Assembly (NCBI GenBank): GCA_963779905.1
Contig: CAWAAF010000009.1
Span: forward strand, 32,953 to 96,952
Direction of reading: 5' to 3'
Length of the DNA: 64,000 nt
Origin: an uncultured Chloroflexia bacterium
Lineage (GTDB): Bacteria; Chloroflexota; Limnocylindria; Limnocylindrales; CSP1-4
Notes under the pieces: generated by a model
Seen by the model: only the letters and a program-made list of their open reading frames with translations
What the model was told of the DNA's origin: nothing
Databases searched by the model: none
Shown here: one piece after another, positions 21,159 through 33,546 of the stretch
Layout: the number at the start of each line of letters is the position of its first letter
How positions within the stretch are numbered: position 1 is the stretch's first letter
Position numbers and translations under genes: made by a program

Positions 21159-23015
21159 TTAGTGCGTGTTGCCCAGGGAACTGATGTCGTAAATCTGGAT
21201 ATTGCCGCTGTCGAAGACGCGGCTGACGTCCAGCTGGTTGTCGAACTTGCTCAGGAACAAGGGATCGAGCGGCTGCGTGTGGACCCCAACGACCACCTCC
21301 TCGCCACGGTCGAAATAGTGGCCCACGACCGGCAAGCCGGTCGTCAGACGCTGGTCGGCCAACAGGTAGCGGATATCGCCTTCCCGCACGATCGCGCGAT
21401 CGTTGGGCAGGATCGTGCGCGACAGATATAACCGCCGCACGGCGAGGCCGGTCTGGTAGGTGGTGACCAGGTCCTGTTCGCCATACGCCGCCATCAGGAT
21501 GCGGTTCACTCGGTCGGCGACCATCCTGTTATGGGGGCCGAGGTAACTCTGCGTCCACTGAGCTGCAGCGATGCCTTCGAGGTCAATCGAACGCGTGTCC
21601 GCCGAGACGAGATATGGCCCGGGCAGGCGCGCCCAGCTCGGCGTCCCGACCAATACGCCGCCAACCGTCAGCAACGCGATCAATCCCGCTGCCCCCACGA
21701 CCTGACGCATGTGCCCGCGGTAGGGGAAGCGAACGAGGAACAGCGCCACCATCGCCGCCAGCGGGATGTACAGGAACTCGGGCGTGCGCGAGGCGACCTC
21801 CGATCCCACCGCTGTAAGCCTGGCAACCAGTGTCAGTGGGTAGACGCTCGCCGCTACAGCCAGCGCGACCATGGTCGAGTTCGTCCGGTACGCGCGCCAT
21901 ACCGCGACCAGGCCAAGGGGCAGCAGGAACAGCACGATGGCGGCCGAGGCGCTGCCTGTCAGCCGCTCCCACAACGGTGCGATGTCGCCCGCCCGCGACA
22001 CGAATAGCTCGCGAGCCCCGAGCTGGCCGCCGGTCAAGCGCAGCAGCTCGACGGTTGTCTGGCTCAAGACCGGTCCCAGGTAGCCGATCGTGGCCGTCGC
22101 CACGGTCAGCGTCCAGCCCGCGATCAGGACGACGGTGGCAAGGCCGATGCGGCCCGGCTTGGCCGACGCCTCGGTCTGCCGCCTGCCAAGCACGACCGAG
22201 ACGACGCCCCACAGCACCAGGAAGCCGGCCAGCACGGCCGAGGTGACGTGGTGGGTGACCACCACCGCGCCAATCGTTACCAGGGCGATGACGGTCAAAC
22301 CTGCCCACACGGCGACCGTTGTCTGAGCCCTCCGCGCGACCAGGAACAGCGCCACCGACGCCAGCGGCAAAGCCATCGTTTCGTACGCAAACTGGGCGTC
22401 GAAGTAAAGGAAGTGCGGATTCGTCATGTAGATCAGGCTGGCCACGCCGGCGATGCGCGCACTGCCGCTGGCCCGCTCGAAAAACAGGAACAGCGCCAGG
22501 ACGAAAATCAGCCTCGCCGCCCCGAGCGTGAAGAACGCAGCGTTGAACAGGGGCAGACCGGAGATCTGGGTGAGGGCACTGGTCACGAGCTCCATGCCCG
22601 GGTAGTACGGGCTGACGTCGAGCAGCGTGTTGGGCGTAAACAGCCCGCCCGCCAGCAGATCGTTGGCAGTCCGGACGTGCAGGAACTCGTCGTAGCCGCC
22701 CCACCAGATGGGGTCGCGCAGATACTTGCAGGCGAAGAGCGCGAAGCCGAGCACGACGACCAAAGCCAGCCGCTCGCGCCGGCTGGGCGCCTCCATCAGT
22801 AACCGAAGCCCGAATGGGACGACCAGCAGCAGGAGTCCGCCATAGAACGCGACCTCCGCCCAGGATGCGCTCACCCGGGCGCCGATATTGGCGGCGGCAA
22901 CCAGCAGCAGCCCGACCGTCCCCGAGACGGTGAGCACTGGCAGCAATCCCCATGCTGGTGTTGATAGGGAAATGGCCCGTGCCTGCACCGGACCCGCCCT
23001 GGCGGCGACGCTCAA
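21159..23015 (-). CDS. Polytopic membrane protein, likely GT-C/polymerase-like (DUF2206/DUF6541-like)
   Basis: ~13 TMs; YDEFLH loop after early TMs, YYPGMEL, FAYETMALPL, THHVTS. Confidence 0.6.
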   Translation of the reverse strand: MSVAARAGPVQARAISLSTPAWGLLPVLTVSGTVGLLLVAAANIGARVSASWAEVAFYGGLLLLVVPFGLRLLMEAPSRRERLALVVVLGFALFACKYLRDPIWWGGYDEFLHVRTANDLLAGGLFTPNTLLDVSPYYPGMELVTSALTQISGLPLFNAAFFTLGAARLIFVLALFLFFERASGSARIAGVASLIYMTNPHFLYFDAQFAYETMALPLASVALFLVARRAQTTVAVWAGLTVIALVTIGAVVVTHHVTSAVLAGFLVLWGVVSVVLGRRQTEASAKPGRIGLATVVLIAGWTLTVATATIGYLGPVLSQTTVELLRLTGGQLGARELFVSRAGDIAPLWERLTGSASAAIVLFLLPLGLVAVWRAYRTNSTMVALAVAASVYPLTLVARLTAVGSEVASRTPEFLYIPLAAMVALFLVRFPYRGHMRQVVGAAGLIALLTVGGVLVGTPSWARLPGPYLVSADTRSIDLEGIAAAQWTQSYLGPHNRMVADRVNRILMAAYGEQDLVTTYQTGLAVRRLYLSRTILPNDRAIVREGDIRYLLADQRLTTGLPVVGHYFDRGEEVVVGVHTQPLDPLFLSKFDNQLDVSRVFDSGNIQIYDISSLGNTH

Positions 23016-23096
23016 GGCCCGTATGGTGCGCCGGCGAGGATTACGCCGGCCGGCTGGTACCGGCCGTAGCCGTCACGTGCGCATTCCGAAGAAGCG

Positions 23097-25195
23097 TCAG
23101 TACTCGTACCTGCCCATGTCCGGCGCTGCGCCGTGATAGCCATCGGTCACACCAGCAATAACGCGGCCGCCATCGATGGCCGGCGAATCAGAGCGCAGAT
23201 GGTAGTCGGCGTTGGCAGGATCGACAAAGCGGGGGTCGCCCGTGCGGCTATGAGCGTCGAAGCCAGTCCACGTGCGGTACGTGGCGAAGCTCGTCGTGCC
23301 GCCCTTACCGGCAATGGTTGCGATCTGACTGGTGCCGGTGTGGTTGATGAGGTTGTAGTCGACAACGACCGACGTGGGTAGCGGCCAGGTGTCAATCCCG
23401 TACACCTCGGACGAGCCCGAGATGATGTTGTTGAGGATGCGCAGGCCGTCGATGGAACCGCCCCAACCGCCGTAGTCGTGCGAGATGTCGAAGACGAAGT
23501 ACTGGATGCCGTCGAACGTGTTGTTGGCGACCAGCATGTCGGATGCGCAGCGCAACACCATGCCGACAGTGCGGTCGACAGTCGTGGCGGCGTAGTTCAC
23601 GTTGCGCACGAATGTGTTGTTGTCGCACGGCGTCTTGGCCGTGTCCGTGCCGGTCTCCATGACGTTGCGGTTGTTCCACGTCACGTTGTCGCTGATAGTC
23701 CAGTTGCTGGCGGCGTAGATGCTGAAGGCAGCGCCGTCGTAGCCCCAGTCCGACGACACGGCACGGTTACCCCAGATGCGGTTGCCACTGACAGTCACGT
23801 GGCCCACGCTCTTGACCAGGGCAATGCCTTCGCCGCCAACGTCATCGTCGCAATTGACGCTGCAGGGCGTGCCGACGATGAGCTTGCTGTCGTCGTGAAC
23901 CCGGTTGTTGGTGATCGTCGTGCCTTCGCCGGCAAGGTTCACATGAATGCCGACGGCGTTGCGCGTGACCTCGTTGTTGTCGACGGTCACGTAGGTCGAG
24001 TTGTACAGGCGCACGCCCCACGCCTTGTTGTCGGTGATGAGGTTGTTGCGGATCTCGATTCTCCCGCTGTTCTCGGTCGTAATGCCGGCACCGGCGTAGC
24101 CGTCGGCATAGCCGCCGCGGATGGTCAGGTTGGTGAAGCGCAGGTACTGCGCGCTGACGACCTTGATCGTGTACGCCACGGCCTGGTTTCCGTCCACCAC
24201 GGCGCTCTCGCCGGGGTACTCGGTGAAGGTGATGGGTGCCGACGCCGTGCCCGAGCGGCGCATCACGAACGGGCCGTAGGTTCCGCCACGCAGGTAGACG
24301 GTTGCTCCCGCGGGCACCGTGTCGGCTGCTTTCTGGAGCGTCCGCCACGGGCGCTGACAGGGTTCCGGTGTTGGCGTCATTGCCGCTTGGTGACACGTAG
24401 TAGCCGGCCGTCGGTGGAGGCGGGCTGGATGGCGCTGAAGCGACGGAGTAGGCCTCGAACGACAGGGCAAGAGGCGCGTTGGTGATCGTGCTGGCCGTGT
24501 AGGCCAGCAGGCCGGTAGTACCGGCGGCCTGCAACAACGACGTGCCGTCCTGACCGGTGTACTGCCACGCCCCCGGCGCGGCACTCGACGATGGCCAGGC
24601 GCTGACGCCGATCTGCGTCGGAGCGGCCTGGCTAAAGCTTGCCTTGAAGTTCCAGTCGGCACCGCCGCCGTACTGCGCCGCCAGCGGTACCTCGCTGCCG
24701 ATCGGCGTCTCAGTGCCGCCCACGACCCGGCTCGCGCCGATGGCGACCGAGCCGTCCGGGTTGACCCGAACCTTGGCCAGGTATTCGTTACCGTCAGAAA
24801 TCTGGCGCGCCACGGCGTAGATCCAGATCGTGCCGCCGCTCGGACGTTTGTCGAGATTGAAACGGAAGTTGATCTCGACGTCGCGCTGCGATACGCCGGG
24901 CACACATCGCCGCACGGCTGACACCGGCCGCCATCGACATGTGGCCCGCGTTGCTGCCGACTGAAAAGTCCTGCGCCTTGCCGGCAACAGCGTAGGCTCC
25001 GCCGGTATCGGCGTTGCCCCAGCCGTTGGCAAGGGTGCGGGCGAAGCTGTCGGCGACGTACGTACTGGATGCCGAATGGGCGGCTGGTGCGTTGACTTGC
25101 ACCGCTGCGGCCACCAGCAGGACAGCAGACAGGAACAGCGACAAACGGGCGCGGCGCGACGGACATGGACGTCCGGTCTGACCAGGACACGGCAT
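23097..25195 (-). CDS. Secreted right-handed beta-helix protein with an N-terminal shared domain (frameshifts ~24900, ~24355)
   Basis: Signal peptide; YVADSFART domain; YYVSPSGNDAN...PWRTLQKAADTV...VYLRGGTY; PbH1 repeats; DYHLRSDSPAID...PDMGRYEY. Confidence 0.8.
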
Positions 25196-25427
25196 TTCCC
25201 CCTTGTGCATCGCAAGACACGGCTGCTCGCGATGGCGCGATTGGTCCGCGGTTGCCGGTCGAGCGGCTGCCTCACGGCGGACAGTCGCCTTACCCCGGGG
25301 AGAGGCCGACATGTGGCTCTCCCGCCCGCAAACCGCGGTATAAACCGACCGTACCACACTGCACTGCACTTAACTGGACAGAGATCGTCCGGGGCAATGT
25401 GCGTTTTAGGTACTGGGTAGTTGACTT

Positions 25428-26271
25428 GTGATCGTGACCAGCCTCGAGTACGGCCTGCTATCGCTCAACCGCTACGACACGTTCGAACATGCACGACCGT
25501 GGCGCGGCGTCCTGGACGGCTGGAACTGCGTGCTCGCCGACGACCGGCTGGTGGCGCAGAGTGAGCGGCCATTCCCGAGCCAGGAACAGGCCCGCGCCGA
25601 CCTTGAGCCACGGCTGAGGGCGTGGGAGGCCGTCGCCTACCTCAACGGGCAGTACGAGATCACCTTCCGACTCGATGACGGCGCGCCCGCTCGCGGCCGC
25701 CCATGAGCCGGCCGGCACGGACGGCGAGGATCGCATCTACCGGCGCACCAACGATGCGTACCCGGCGCCGGATCCCACGTTCACCCGGACTGAGCTGGTC
25801 GATCAGCTGCTCGACGACATCAGCCGTTTCCGACGGGGCGAGGAGAGCCTGCCCGCTGCCGCCGCGGCGGCGCTGCGCAGGCTGCGCGCACTGGCCAACG
25901 GCAACGACTCGGTCACGTCTCTTGCGGCGTCACTCAACGTTGAGCCGGACGTGATCGCAAAAGCGATCGAGCTGGCGGCTCAAGATCGCGCACCGGCGGG
26001 TGCCAGTGGGGGGCCGCCGTCCTACCGCGGTCCTGAGTGGCAATGGCTGCAGGAGGCACTGTTCCGGCTTACGTTGCAGGCCGGTCGGGCCGGTGATGGC
26101 CCGCCGCAGTCAAAGCTGGCGCAGGGCGATTTCGCAGACGCAGCTCTGACCGAGCCTAGCTCGGGCCGGCGGCTGGGCCACCGGGCACGAGGATGCCCAG
26201 CACCGTCGAGTCGATGCGTAAAGTCCGCCGCAGCAGCAGCACCAGCAACACGTTCGACAGGATCAAGCTGA
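25428..26271 (+). CDS. Hypothetical protein (frameshift ~25700; 3' end uncertain)
   Basis: Two consecutive ORFs with coding-like composition filling the gap; no recognisable motif; overlap with the flippase suggests an earlier true stop. Confidence 0.4.
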
Positions 26272-27529
26272 TCGTCGCCGCGATCGCCGCGCCCTCCACG
26301 CCAAAGGCCGGGATGAGCAGCACCGTAACGACAATGTTGACGGTGGCTCCGACCGTGATGCCCAGGCCGGCCAACCGCTGGTTACCGGTCATCACCAGCA
26401 GCACGGACGCCGAGCCGGTGGCGGTGTTGACCACCTGACCAACACTCACGATGCTCAGCGCCAGAGCTGCCGCCGCGAATCCACTGCCAAAGAAGAAGGC
26501 CAGGATCTGCGGGCCGAACAGAATGAACGCGCCTGCCACAGGCAGCGCGGCCAGCAGGGCCCCGCGCGCGCTCAGCGTTACCAGCCGCTGCAGGTGATCG
26601 CGCTCGTTGCTGGTCCACAGTCGGGCGGCCAGCGGCGCGATCGAGGTGCCCACCGCCGCCAGCGGAAAGGCAACCAGCACCGCTCCGCGTTGGGCGACCG
26701 CGTACAGGCCGGCCGGCTCAGGTCCGGCCATCGCCCCCAGCAGAACCACGCCGGTCTGTGTGTTGATGATGGCGGCCGCACTCAGAAACCCGAGCGAAAC
26801 TGCGCTGATGGCCCAGTTGCGCGTCCGGTACTCGGGCGTCGCGGTGCGCATCGACTGTGGCGTTCGGGCGCGCAGCAGCACGATGCCGGCAGCACATGCC
26901 ACGACGACGCTCAACGAACTCAGGCCCACCGCTCCTGGCGCACTGAGCTGCCCACTCGTCAACACCAGAGTGGGCAGCATCAGGCCGAGGAAGATGAACG
27001 GCCGGACGAGCAGCTCGCCGGACTGGCCGGCCACGACGTGGCCCAGGCCCATCAGCGCCGACTGCACCACGCGCAGCAGCGCCAGCACGGGCAGCCCGGC
27101 GACGCCGACCCAGAACGTGAGCACGGCAAGGGTGACCACGCCGCCGGCGAGGAACCACGCTATGGCGGCACTCGCCAGGGCGATCGAGACCGAGATGGCA
27201 AGCACGAGCTGCGCCGCCCGCCGCACCAGGCCGCGCGCCATGCCATACATGCGCTGCTCGGAAAAAACGGCCACGTCGCGTACGAGCAGCCGGTCCACGC
27301 CTACGATGGCCGGAACCGCCAGCAGCGTGACAGTGGCCGTGACGAAGGCAAAGACGCCGTAGTCGGTGACACCAAGGACCCGTGCCAGCAGCACCGTTGT
27401 GACCAGCGTCGCGGCCGTGTTGAGGACGCTCAGCCCAAAGCTGCCGACGGCGGCCTGCGCCAGCTGGCGCAGTCCCGGACGCCCGCTCGTCTCGGTCGGC
27501 TTCACGTCGATGCTCTGATCGAGGGTCAT
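26156..27529 (-). CDS. Oligosaccharide flippase (Wzx/MOP family)
   Basis: LLARVLGVTDYGVF, AGLYAVAQR, LLIPAFGVEGAAIAA; ~12 TMs. Confidence 0.88.
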   Translation of the reverse strand: MTLDQSIDVKPTETSGRPGLRQLAQAAVGSFGLSVLNTAATLVTTVLLARVLGVTDYGVFAFVTATVTLLAVPAIVGVDRLLVRDVAVFSEQRMYGMARGLVRRAAQLVLAISVSIALASAAIAWFLAGGVVTLAVLTFWVGVAGLPVLALLRVVQSALMGLGHVVAGQSGELLVRPFIFLGLMLPTLVLTSGQLSAPGAVGLSSLSVVVACAAGIVLLRARTPQSMRTATPEYRTRNWAISAVSLGFLSAAAIINTQTGVVLLGAMAGPEPAGLYAVAQRGAVLVAFPLAAVGTSIAPLAARLWTSNERDHLQRLVTLSARGALLAALPVAGAFILFGPQILAFFFGSGFAAAALALSIVSVGQVVNTATGSASVLLVMTGNQRLAGLGITVGATVNIVVTVLLIPAFGVEGAAIAATISLILSNVLLVLLLRRTLRIDSTVLGILVPGGPAAGPS

Positions 27530-27649
27530 TCGCCTCCGCTGACCGTAACCGCCGGTGCAGCGCGCGACGTCACGCCGCGCGGCGGTCTATTGCCGGTTGG
27601 TGGATGGTGTGGCAGGCAGGGTTACGGCAACGTCACCGTGATGGCCGTT

Positions 27650-30600
27650 TCAGTGGCAGTTGGTACTGCCGGTGTCGGTGAACGTCTGACCGGCCTGGGG
27701 CAGGAACTGCCATGAGTAGCTGGTCGAATTGAGCGTCAGCTTGAGCAGGCCATAGGTGTTGTCGTTGTGGACCTCGCTGTTGGCCACGAACGAAGCCGCG
27801 AATTGGTAGTGGCTGACGCCGCCGGTGCCCACAACGAACTGCGCGGATGCCGCGCGCGTTGTCGGCCACGCCGGTGGCCGTCTGCGGCGCGAAGCGCTCG
27901 TAGTCGTGGTCGTGGCCAACCAGCACAAGGTCGGCGTTGGCGTCATATAGGGCCTGAAACAGCGCCTGGGTCAGCGGATCCGAGCCGTGCTCGCCGCCGG
28001 AACTGAACAGTGGGTGATGCCAATAGGCGCCCACGCACGTCGACGGGTTGGCGGCCAGGTCGGCGCGCAACCACTGCTCCTCGGCCGAGCCGGCACCGCA
28101 GCCGCCGATGGCAAAGCAGTTGCTGTTGAGCGCATACATCCGCCAGGCGCCCAGGTTGTAGGCGTAGTAGCCCTTGGTCGGATCGCCGGCGGCGCTGCCG
28201 AAGTAGCCGTAGTAGCCAGTGGCGCCGGGCGTCTGGTACTCGTGGTTGCCGGGCACTGGCTTCATGCGTGACTTGTACGGTCCCCACGACGGGTCGAAGC
28301 AGTTGGCGAAGTCAGCCGTCGAACCGTTCTCGTAGGCGATGTCGCCCGGGATGATGATCGTGCCCTGGTTGGCGCCGAGCAACGCCGCTGTCGCCTCGTC
28401 GCCTGACGAGGTGCAGCCGGCGACATCGCCGGCGGCCAAGACGGTGACTGAGCCCGTCGGCGGCGGCGTCGGCGTGGTCACGCCGTAGTCGTCGAAACCG
28501 AACGTGACCGGCGCGTTGGTGACCGAGGTGTTGACGTAGACGCGCAGGCCGAGGCTGCCCGAACCCTGCAGGGCGGCCGTCGTGCTGGTCGCGGTGTAGT
28601 TCCATGCGGTCGGCTCGGTGCTGCCGTCGGCCCATGCCTTGACGCGGATCGTGGTCGGATTGGCGCCGGTGACCTGCGCGCGGAAGCGAATCCACCCGTT
28701 GGCGGTCGGCGTCAGGCCGGGCACCACGACGGCACTGCCGATGGGGGATTCGCTGCCGTTGACCACCACGCTGGCGTGGGCCGTGACGGTGCCGTTGGGG
28801 TTGATCAGGATGCGCGGCCGGTACTCGCTGTTGCCGTTCACCCGGCTGGCGGCGTAGACGAAGTAGCTGCCGCCGGCGGGCACCTTGTTAGCGCGGACGC
28901 GGAAGGTTATGTCGATGTCGGCGGCCGATGTGGCGGGCAGCATCGCCGAGCGAGTCGTGCTGGCCGTCGGCACAACCATCGTGCCTAGGCCGCCGCCGAC
29001 GCTGAAGTTGGATGCCGGGCCGAGGAGGTTGTACGACCCGCCGGTATCGGCGTTGCCCCAGCTGTTGTTAGTCGTGCGGCCGAAGGCGTCGGCAACGACG
29101 GTAGTGGTCGCCGGGATAGGGGCCACGCTCACAGTTTTGGTGATGCTGTTCGGGCCGCCCGCGTTGGTCACCGTCAGGGTGACGCTGTAATCGCCGGCGA
29201 CGGCGTAGGTCTTGGACGGGCTCCGTTGCGTGGACGACGTGCTGTCGCCAAAATCCCAGCTCCAGGCCGTCGGGGCCACCCGTCGACGTGTCGGTGAAGT
29301 CGACTGTCAACGTGTTCTGACGCTGAGCGAAACTGAAGTTGGCCGTCGGCGGCGGCGGTGGTGGTATTGCCGCGACGCTGACCGTCTTCGTGACACTGTT
29401 GGAGCCGCCCGCGTTGGAAGCGGTCAGGATGACGCTGTAGTCGCCGGCTGCGGCATACGTCTTGTTCGGGCTCTGCAGCGCCGACGAGGTGCCGTCGCCA
29501 AAGTCCCAGCTCCACGCCGTCGGGGCCCCGGTCGACGTGTCGGTGAAATCCACGGTCAGCGTGTTCACGCGCTGACTGGAGCTGAAGTTGGCCGTGGGTG
29601 GCGGAATGGGCGCCACCGTGACCGTCTTGGTAACGCTGTTGGAGCCGCCGGCATTGGTCGCGGTCAGCGTGACGCTGTAGTCGCCGGCCGCTGCGTACGT
29701 CTTGGTCGGGTTCTGCTGCGTCGACGACGTGGTGTCGCCAAAGGTCCAGCTCCAGGAGGTTGGTGTGCCGGTGGAGGTGTCGGTGAAATCGACGATCAGA
29801 GTGCCCGAGCGCTGACTGGAGCTGAAGTTGGCTATGGGTGGCGGCGGTGGCGGAATCGGCGCCACCGTGACCGTCTTGGTCATGCTGTTGGAGCCGTTGG
29901 CGTTAGACGCGGTCAGTGTGACGTTGTAGTTGCCGGCCGCGGAGTACGTCTTGGTCGGGTTGCGCTGGATTGACGTGGTGCCGTCGCCGAACGACCAGCT
30001 CCACGAAGTCGGCGCGCCGGTGGAGGTATCGGTGAAGTCGACGATCAGTGTTCCGGAGCGCTGGCTGGACGTGAAGTTGGCCACCGGCGCCGTCCCACTT
30101 CCGCCCGGGATAACGGCCGAGAAGTCGTCGAACGAGAAGGAGAGAGGCGTGTTCGTCGTGCTGGCGTATGCGTGGAGCCCGACTCCGCCCGGCACCTGCA
30201 GGGCAGGCGCCGAGTTGGTCGCCGTGAACTGCCAATTGGCGGGTTCGGTGGTGCCGTCGGCCCAGGCCTTGACCCGGACGGTGGTCGGGTTGACGCCGGT
30301 GACCTGCGCGCGCAGCCAGATGAACTTGTTCGCAGCGTCGGTCAGGCCCGACACGAATACGGAGTTGCCCATCGAGGATTCAGAGCCGTTGACCATCACG
30401 CCCGCATGTACCCACACCGAGCCGTCGCCGTAGACGATGATCTTCGGCCGGTAGGCGCTCGTACCGTTCGAGCGGGTGACCAGGTATGCCAGCAGCTGGC
30501 TGTTGGTTCCGGTGGGCAGCTTGTCGGTCTTCACTCGGACGCGGACATCAATATCGCGCACACTGACCTGGTCCAGACGAACACCACGTGTGGCGCCATT

Positions 30601-33432
30601 GCTGGCTAGAACGATATTGCCGGTGCCGCCGCCCACGTTGAAGCTCGACGAGACACCATCGAGCGAGTACTGGCCGCCCGTGTCGGCGACGCCCCAGTTA
30701 TTGGTCGTGGTGCGGCCGAAGCTGTCTGCGGCCATCACGGTGCCGGGCGGTATGGGGCTGACCGAGACGGAGTGAGTCGTCGTCTGTGATCCGGACTCGT
30801 TGGTTGCGGTCAGACTGACGTTGTAGCTCCCGCCCGCGCCATAGGTCCACGTAGGATTCTGTACCGACGACGTGCCGCCATCTCCGAACGACCAATTCCA
30901 CGACGAGGGGTCGCCGGTCGCCGTCGCAGTAAAGACGACCTTGAGCGTGTTGGGCTGCTGCGACCAGGTGAAGTCAGCCGTCGGCGGGGGTGGCGGACCC
31001 CCGGCGAACACGTTCGTTCCGAACTGCGACGTTTCGCCGTTACTGCGGGTCTGTGTCGCCGCCACGCGCTGCCCGGTCTGCAGCGGCTGGGGGTACGTGA
31101 GGGCCCATGTTCCATTCGACGTGACCAGCGCCGAGCCGAGGTAGGCGATCGGCAGGCCGGACTGGCCCGACGGCCGCGACGCCTTGAAGACTTCGACGGT
31201 CGAGCCGGCGATGCCGCTCCCGTTGATTGCGGTCTCGGTCGAATTGAGGATGGCCGGCGGCGGCATCAGCCCGTTGGCACCGTCCAAGGGATTGTTCGGG
31301 TTGGGCGTCAGGTAGATCGCCGGGCCGTTCGTATCGGTCGTGATGTTCTGGCTGATCGTGATGTTCCGGACATTGAACTCGAGCAGTCCGATGCCGCCGT
31401 TGGCGGTGTTATGGATGAGGTTGCCGACGACCGAGTCGAAACTGGTGTGATCGCGGAAGTAGATGCCCCATCCGGCCATCGGCACGGTCTCGCCACGGGG
31501 CGATTGGCCAATGATGTTGTTGCGGATGGTGTTGCCGGTCGTGCCGCTCAGCTGCATCGTCACGCCGTCGTACGCGGCGCCGATGTAGTTGCTGTCGAGG
31601 GTGTTGTTGACCGCTCCATCGTGGAGGTTGACACCCTGTCCGTTGTCCTGGGCGGGAACCTGCAGCGCGGACAGGAAGGCCGGGTCGTAGCTGCCGTCGG
31701 ACCGGAAGCCGATCCAGTTGCCGATCGCGCGATGGCCGCTGACCGCCCACGTCGAGCTGTAATTGCCGGGCGTGCCACTCGGGTCCCAGCCGTGCGAGAA
31801 CTCGACGCCGTTGCAGCAGGTTGGGCCTATGACGTTGCCCTCGTGTGGCCCAGCTCCGCCAAGCAACCCGTTCTTGGTTCCGAAGTCGTGGTCGACCCCG
31901 GTCTGACACAGTGCAGGCAGGCCATTGGGCGTGATGCACACGACATTGTTCTGGACGATGTTGCCGTTGGTGCCGGTGCCGTAGCTGTATATACCCTTGT
32001 CGAAATTGCCCACCACGTTGCGGTCGGCCAGCGCGGACGTGCCGATGAAGTTGAAGCGGGCGCCGTTATTGAGCATCACGCCGGCATAGCCGCGCGGCGG
32101 CAACGAGTTATCGCGGTTGAAGCCGATCCAGTTGCCGATGATGTAGTTGTTGGTGGAGGCGGTAGTGTCGAGCATGATGCCGCGATAGGAGTTGTCGATC
32201 AGCAGCCCGCGCACCGTGTTGCCGCCCGATGGGATGTAGATGATGTGGTCCATCGTCACGCCGGTGCCACGCAACTCGACGCCCGGGATGGCGTTGGTGC
32301 CCGTGTCGGCCGTGTTGGGTTGGCTGCCCGGCTGCGAATAGCCATCGATGTAGAGGCGGGTCGTGGAGCTGCCGAAGTTGGGCAGGCCGCCGCCGCCGAC
32401 CGCGATGGTGACGGGCGCCGCGCCGGGCAAGTTGAAGTTGATGCGCTGGTCGCCGGCCTGCCAGTTCGCCTCCATGATCGCTGCGCGCAGCGAGCACTGG
32501 CCCTGTGCGTCGGCACAGATACCGTTGCCCTGCGCGACGTCGGGTGTGTCGGCCGTGCTGTTGACGACGAACGGGCCGGTTGCGGCTACAACCTCAGACG
32601 AAGCTCCCTGAGGGGTGGCCATCGTCGTCGAGGTCCCGTCAGCCGACTCGATGACCGCCCCTGCCGGTCGATGCTTTCCGCCGGCTCGCGGCTGGCCCTG
32701 ACCGGCAAGGAGCGCCTGGATGTCGACAATGTCAATGCAGCCGTCGCCGTTGGCATCTGCATCGAGACTGGCGTCCTGTTGGCATTGGTTGTCGGCCGTG
32801 CGCGCCGTGTACCAGGCCGAGCGGAAGGCGTCGAGATCATCGACGGACAGGATCCCGTCTGGGAACAGGTCGCGGGCCGGACCGCCGGCGTGTGGCGGGG
32901 TGCCACGGGCGGTGCCGTGCGGCGCTTCAATCGCCTTGTCGCCGTTGCCGACCTGCAGGCCGGTCAGCAGGCTGGCGTGGCCCACACTGATTCGGGTCCC
33001 GGCGGAGTCGGCGGCAGCGTCGATAAGCACTTGCGCTTGCAGTAGGCCGTCGACATTGGCGGCCACGACCAGGCGCAGGACCGTATGACCGTTGGTCGAG
33101 TTCAGCCCGTAGGCAGCGAAGGAGTAGCCACCCGGCACGGCGACCGGCGCGAACGTCTGTCCGTTGCCGAGTGGCGCGACGCCGACCAACTCCGCCGCGT
33201 TCGTGTCGAGCATGACGCGGCCTTCGACTGCGGCAACGCGCCCCGGCAGCCGCAGAGTGAGCGCAGTCGCAGCTCCCGGTGTCGCCTTGGCCGGGACATC
33301 GATCGCGGCATCGCTGGTGACGGCGCCGACGGCGTACGAGTCGAGGAAGCCGGGAAGTGCGGCAATCAGCGCCGCGATGACCGCCATTGCGGCCAGCGCC
33401 CGCCCGCTTGGGAATCGACGACCGATCAGCAC
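27650..33432 (-). CDS. Giant secreted protein: cohesin-like, dockerin-like, CSLREA, beta-helix, 5 PKD, 2 shared domains, metallophosphoesterase (frameshifts ~29280, ~27845)
   Basis: DANGDGCIDIVDIQAL; FVVNSTAD...CSLRAAIMEAN; WSWxFGDG PKD motifs; AAGDVA, GDIAY, GNHEY, HHPLF, GHDHDYER. Confidence 0.8.
29120..30090 (-). repeat. Four tandem ~240-bp PKD-coding repeats
   Basis: Recurring GCCAACTTC...GACTTCACCGAC...TGGAGCTGG..TTTGGCGAC...AAGACGTAC blocks on the - strand. Confidence 0.8.
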
Positions 33433-33546
33433 TGGCGCCGCAACGCGGGCGCCCTCAATGGATGAATCGCGAGCGGAACGTTATGCGCGCTGATCGGCGC
33501 CATTTTCTCCCCAAGGTGGCCGTCGGCCGCGACGGGGTCCTTGGTT

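Noticed and set aside
25325-25350. GCAAACC as a second c-di-GMP riboswitch
   Set aside because: No P2 stem or GACGCAAAGC core follows.
31411-33045. Long antisense ORFs (also 50219-52132, 9910-11196, 55227-56264 and others)
   Set aside because: Shadow frames of well-supported genes in high-GC DNA, with no motifs.
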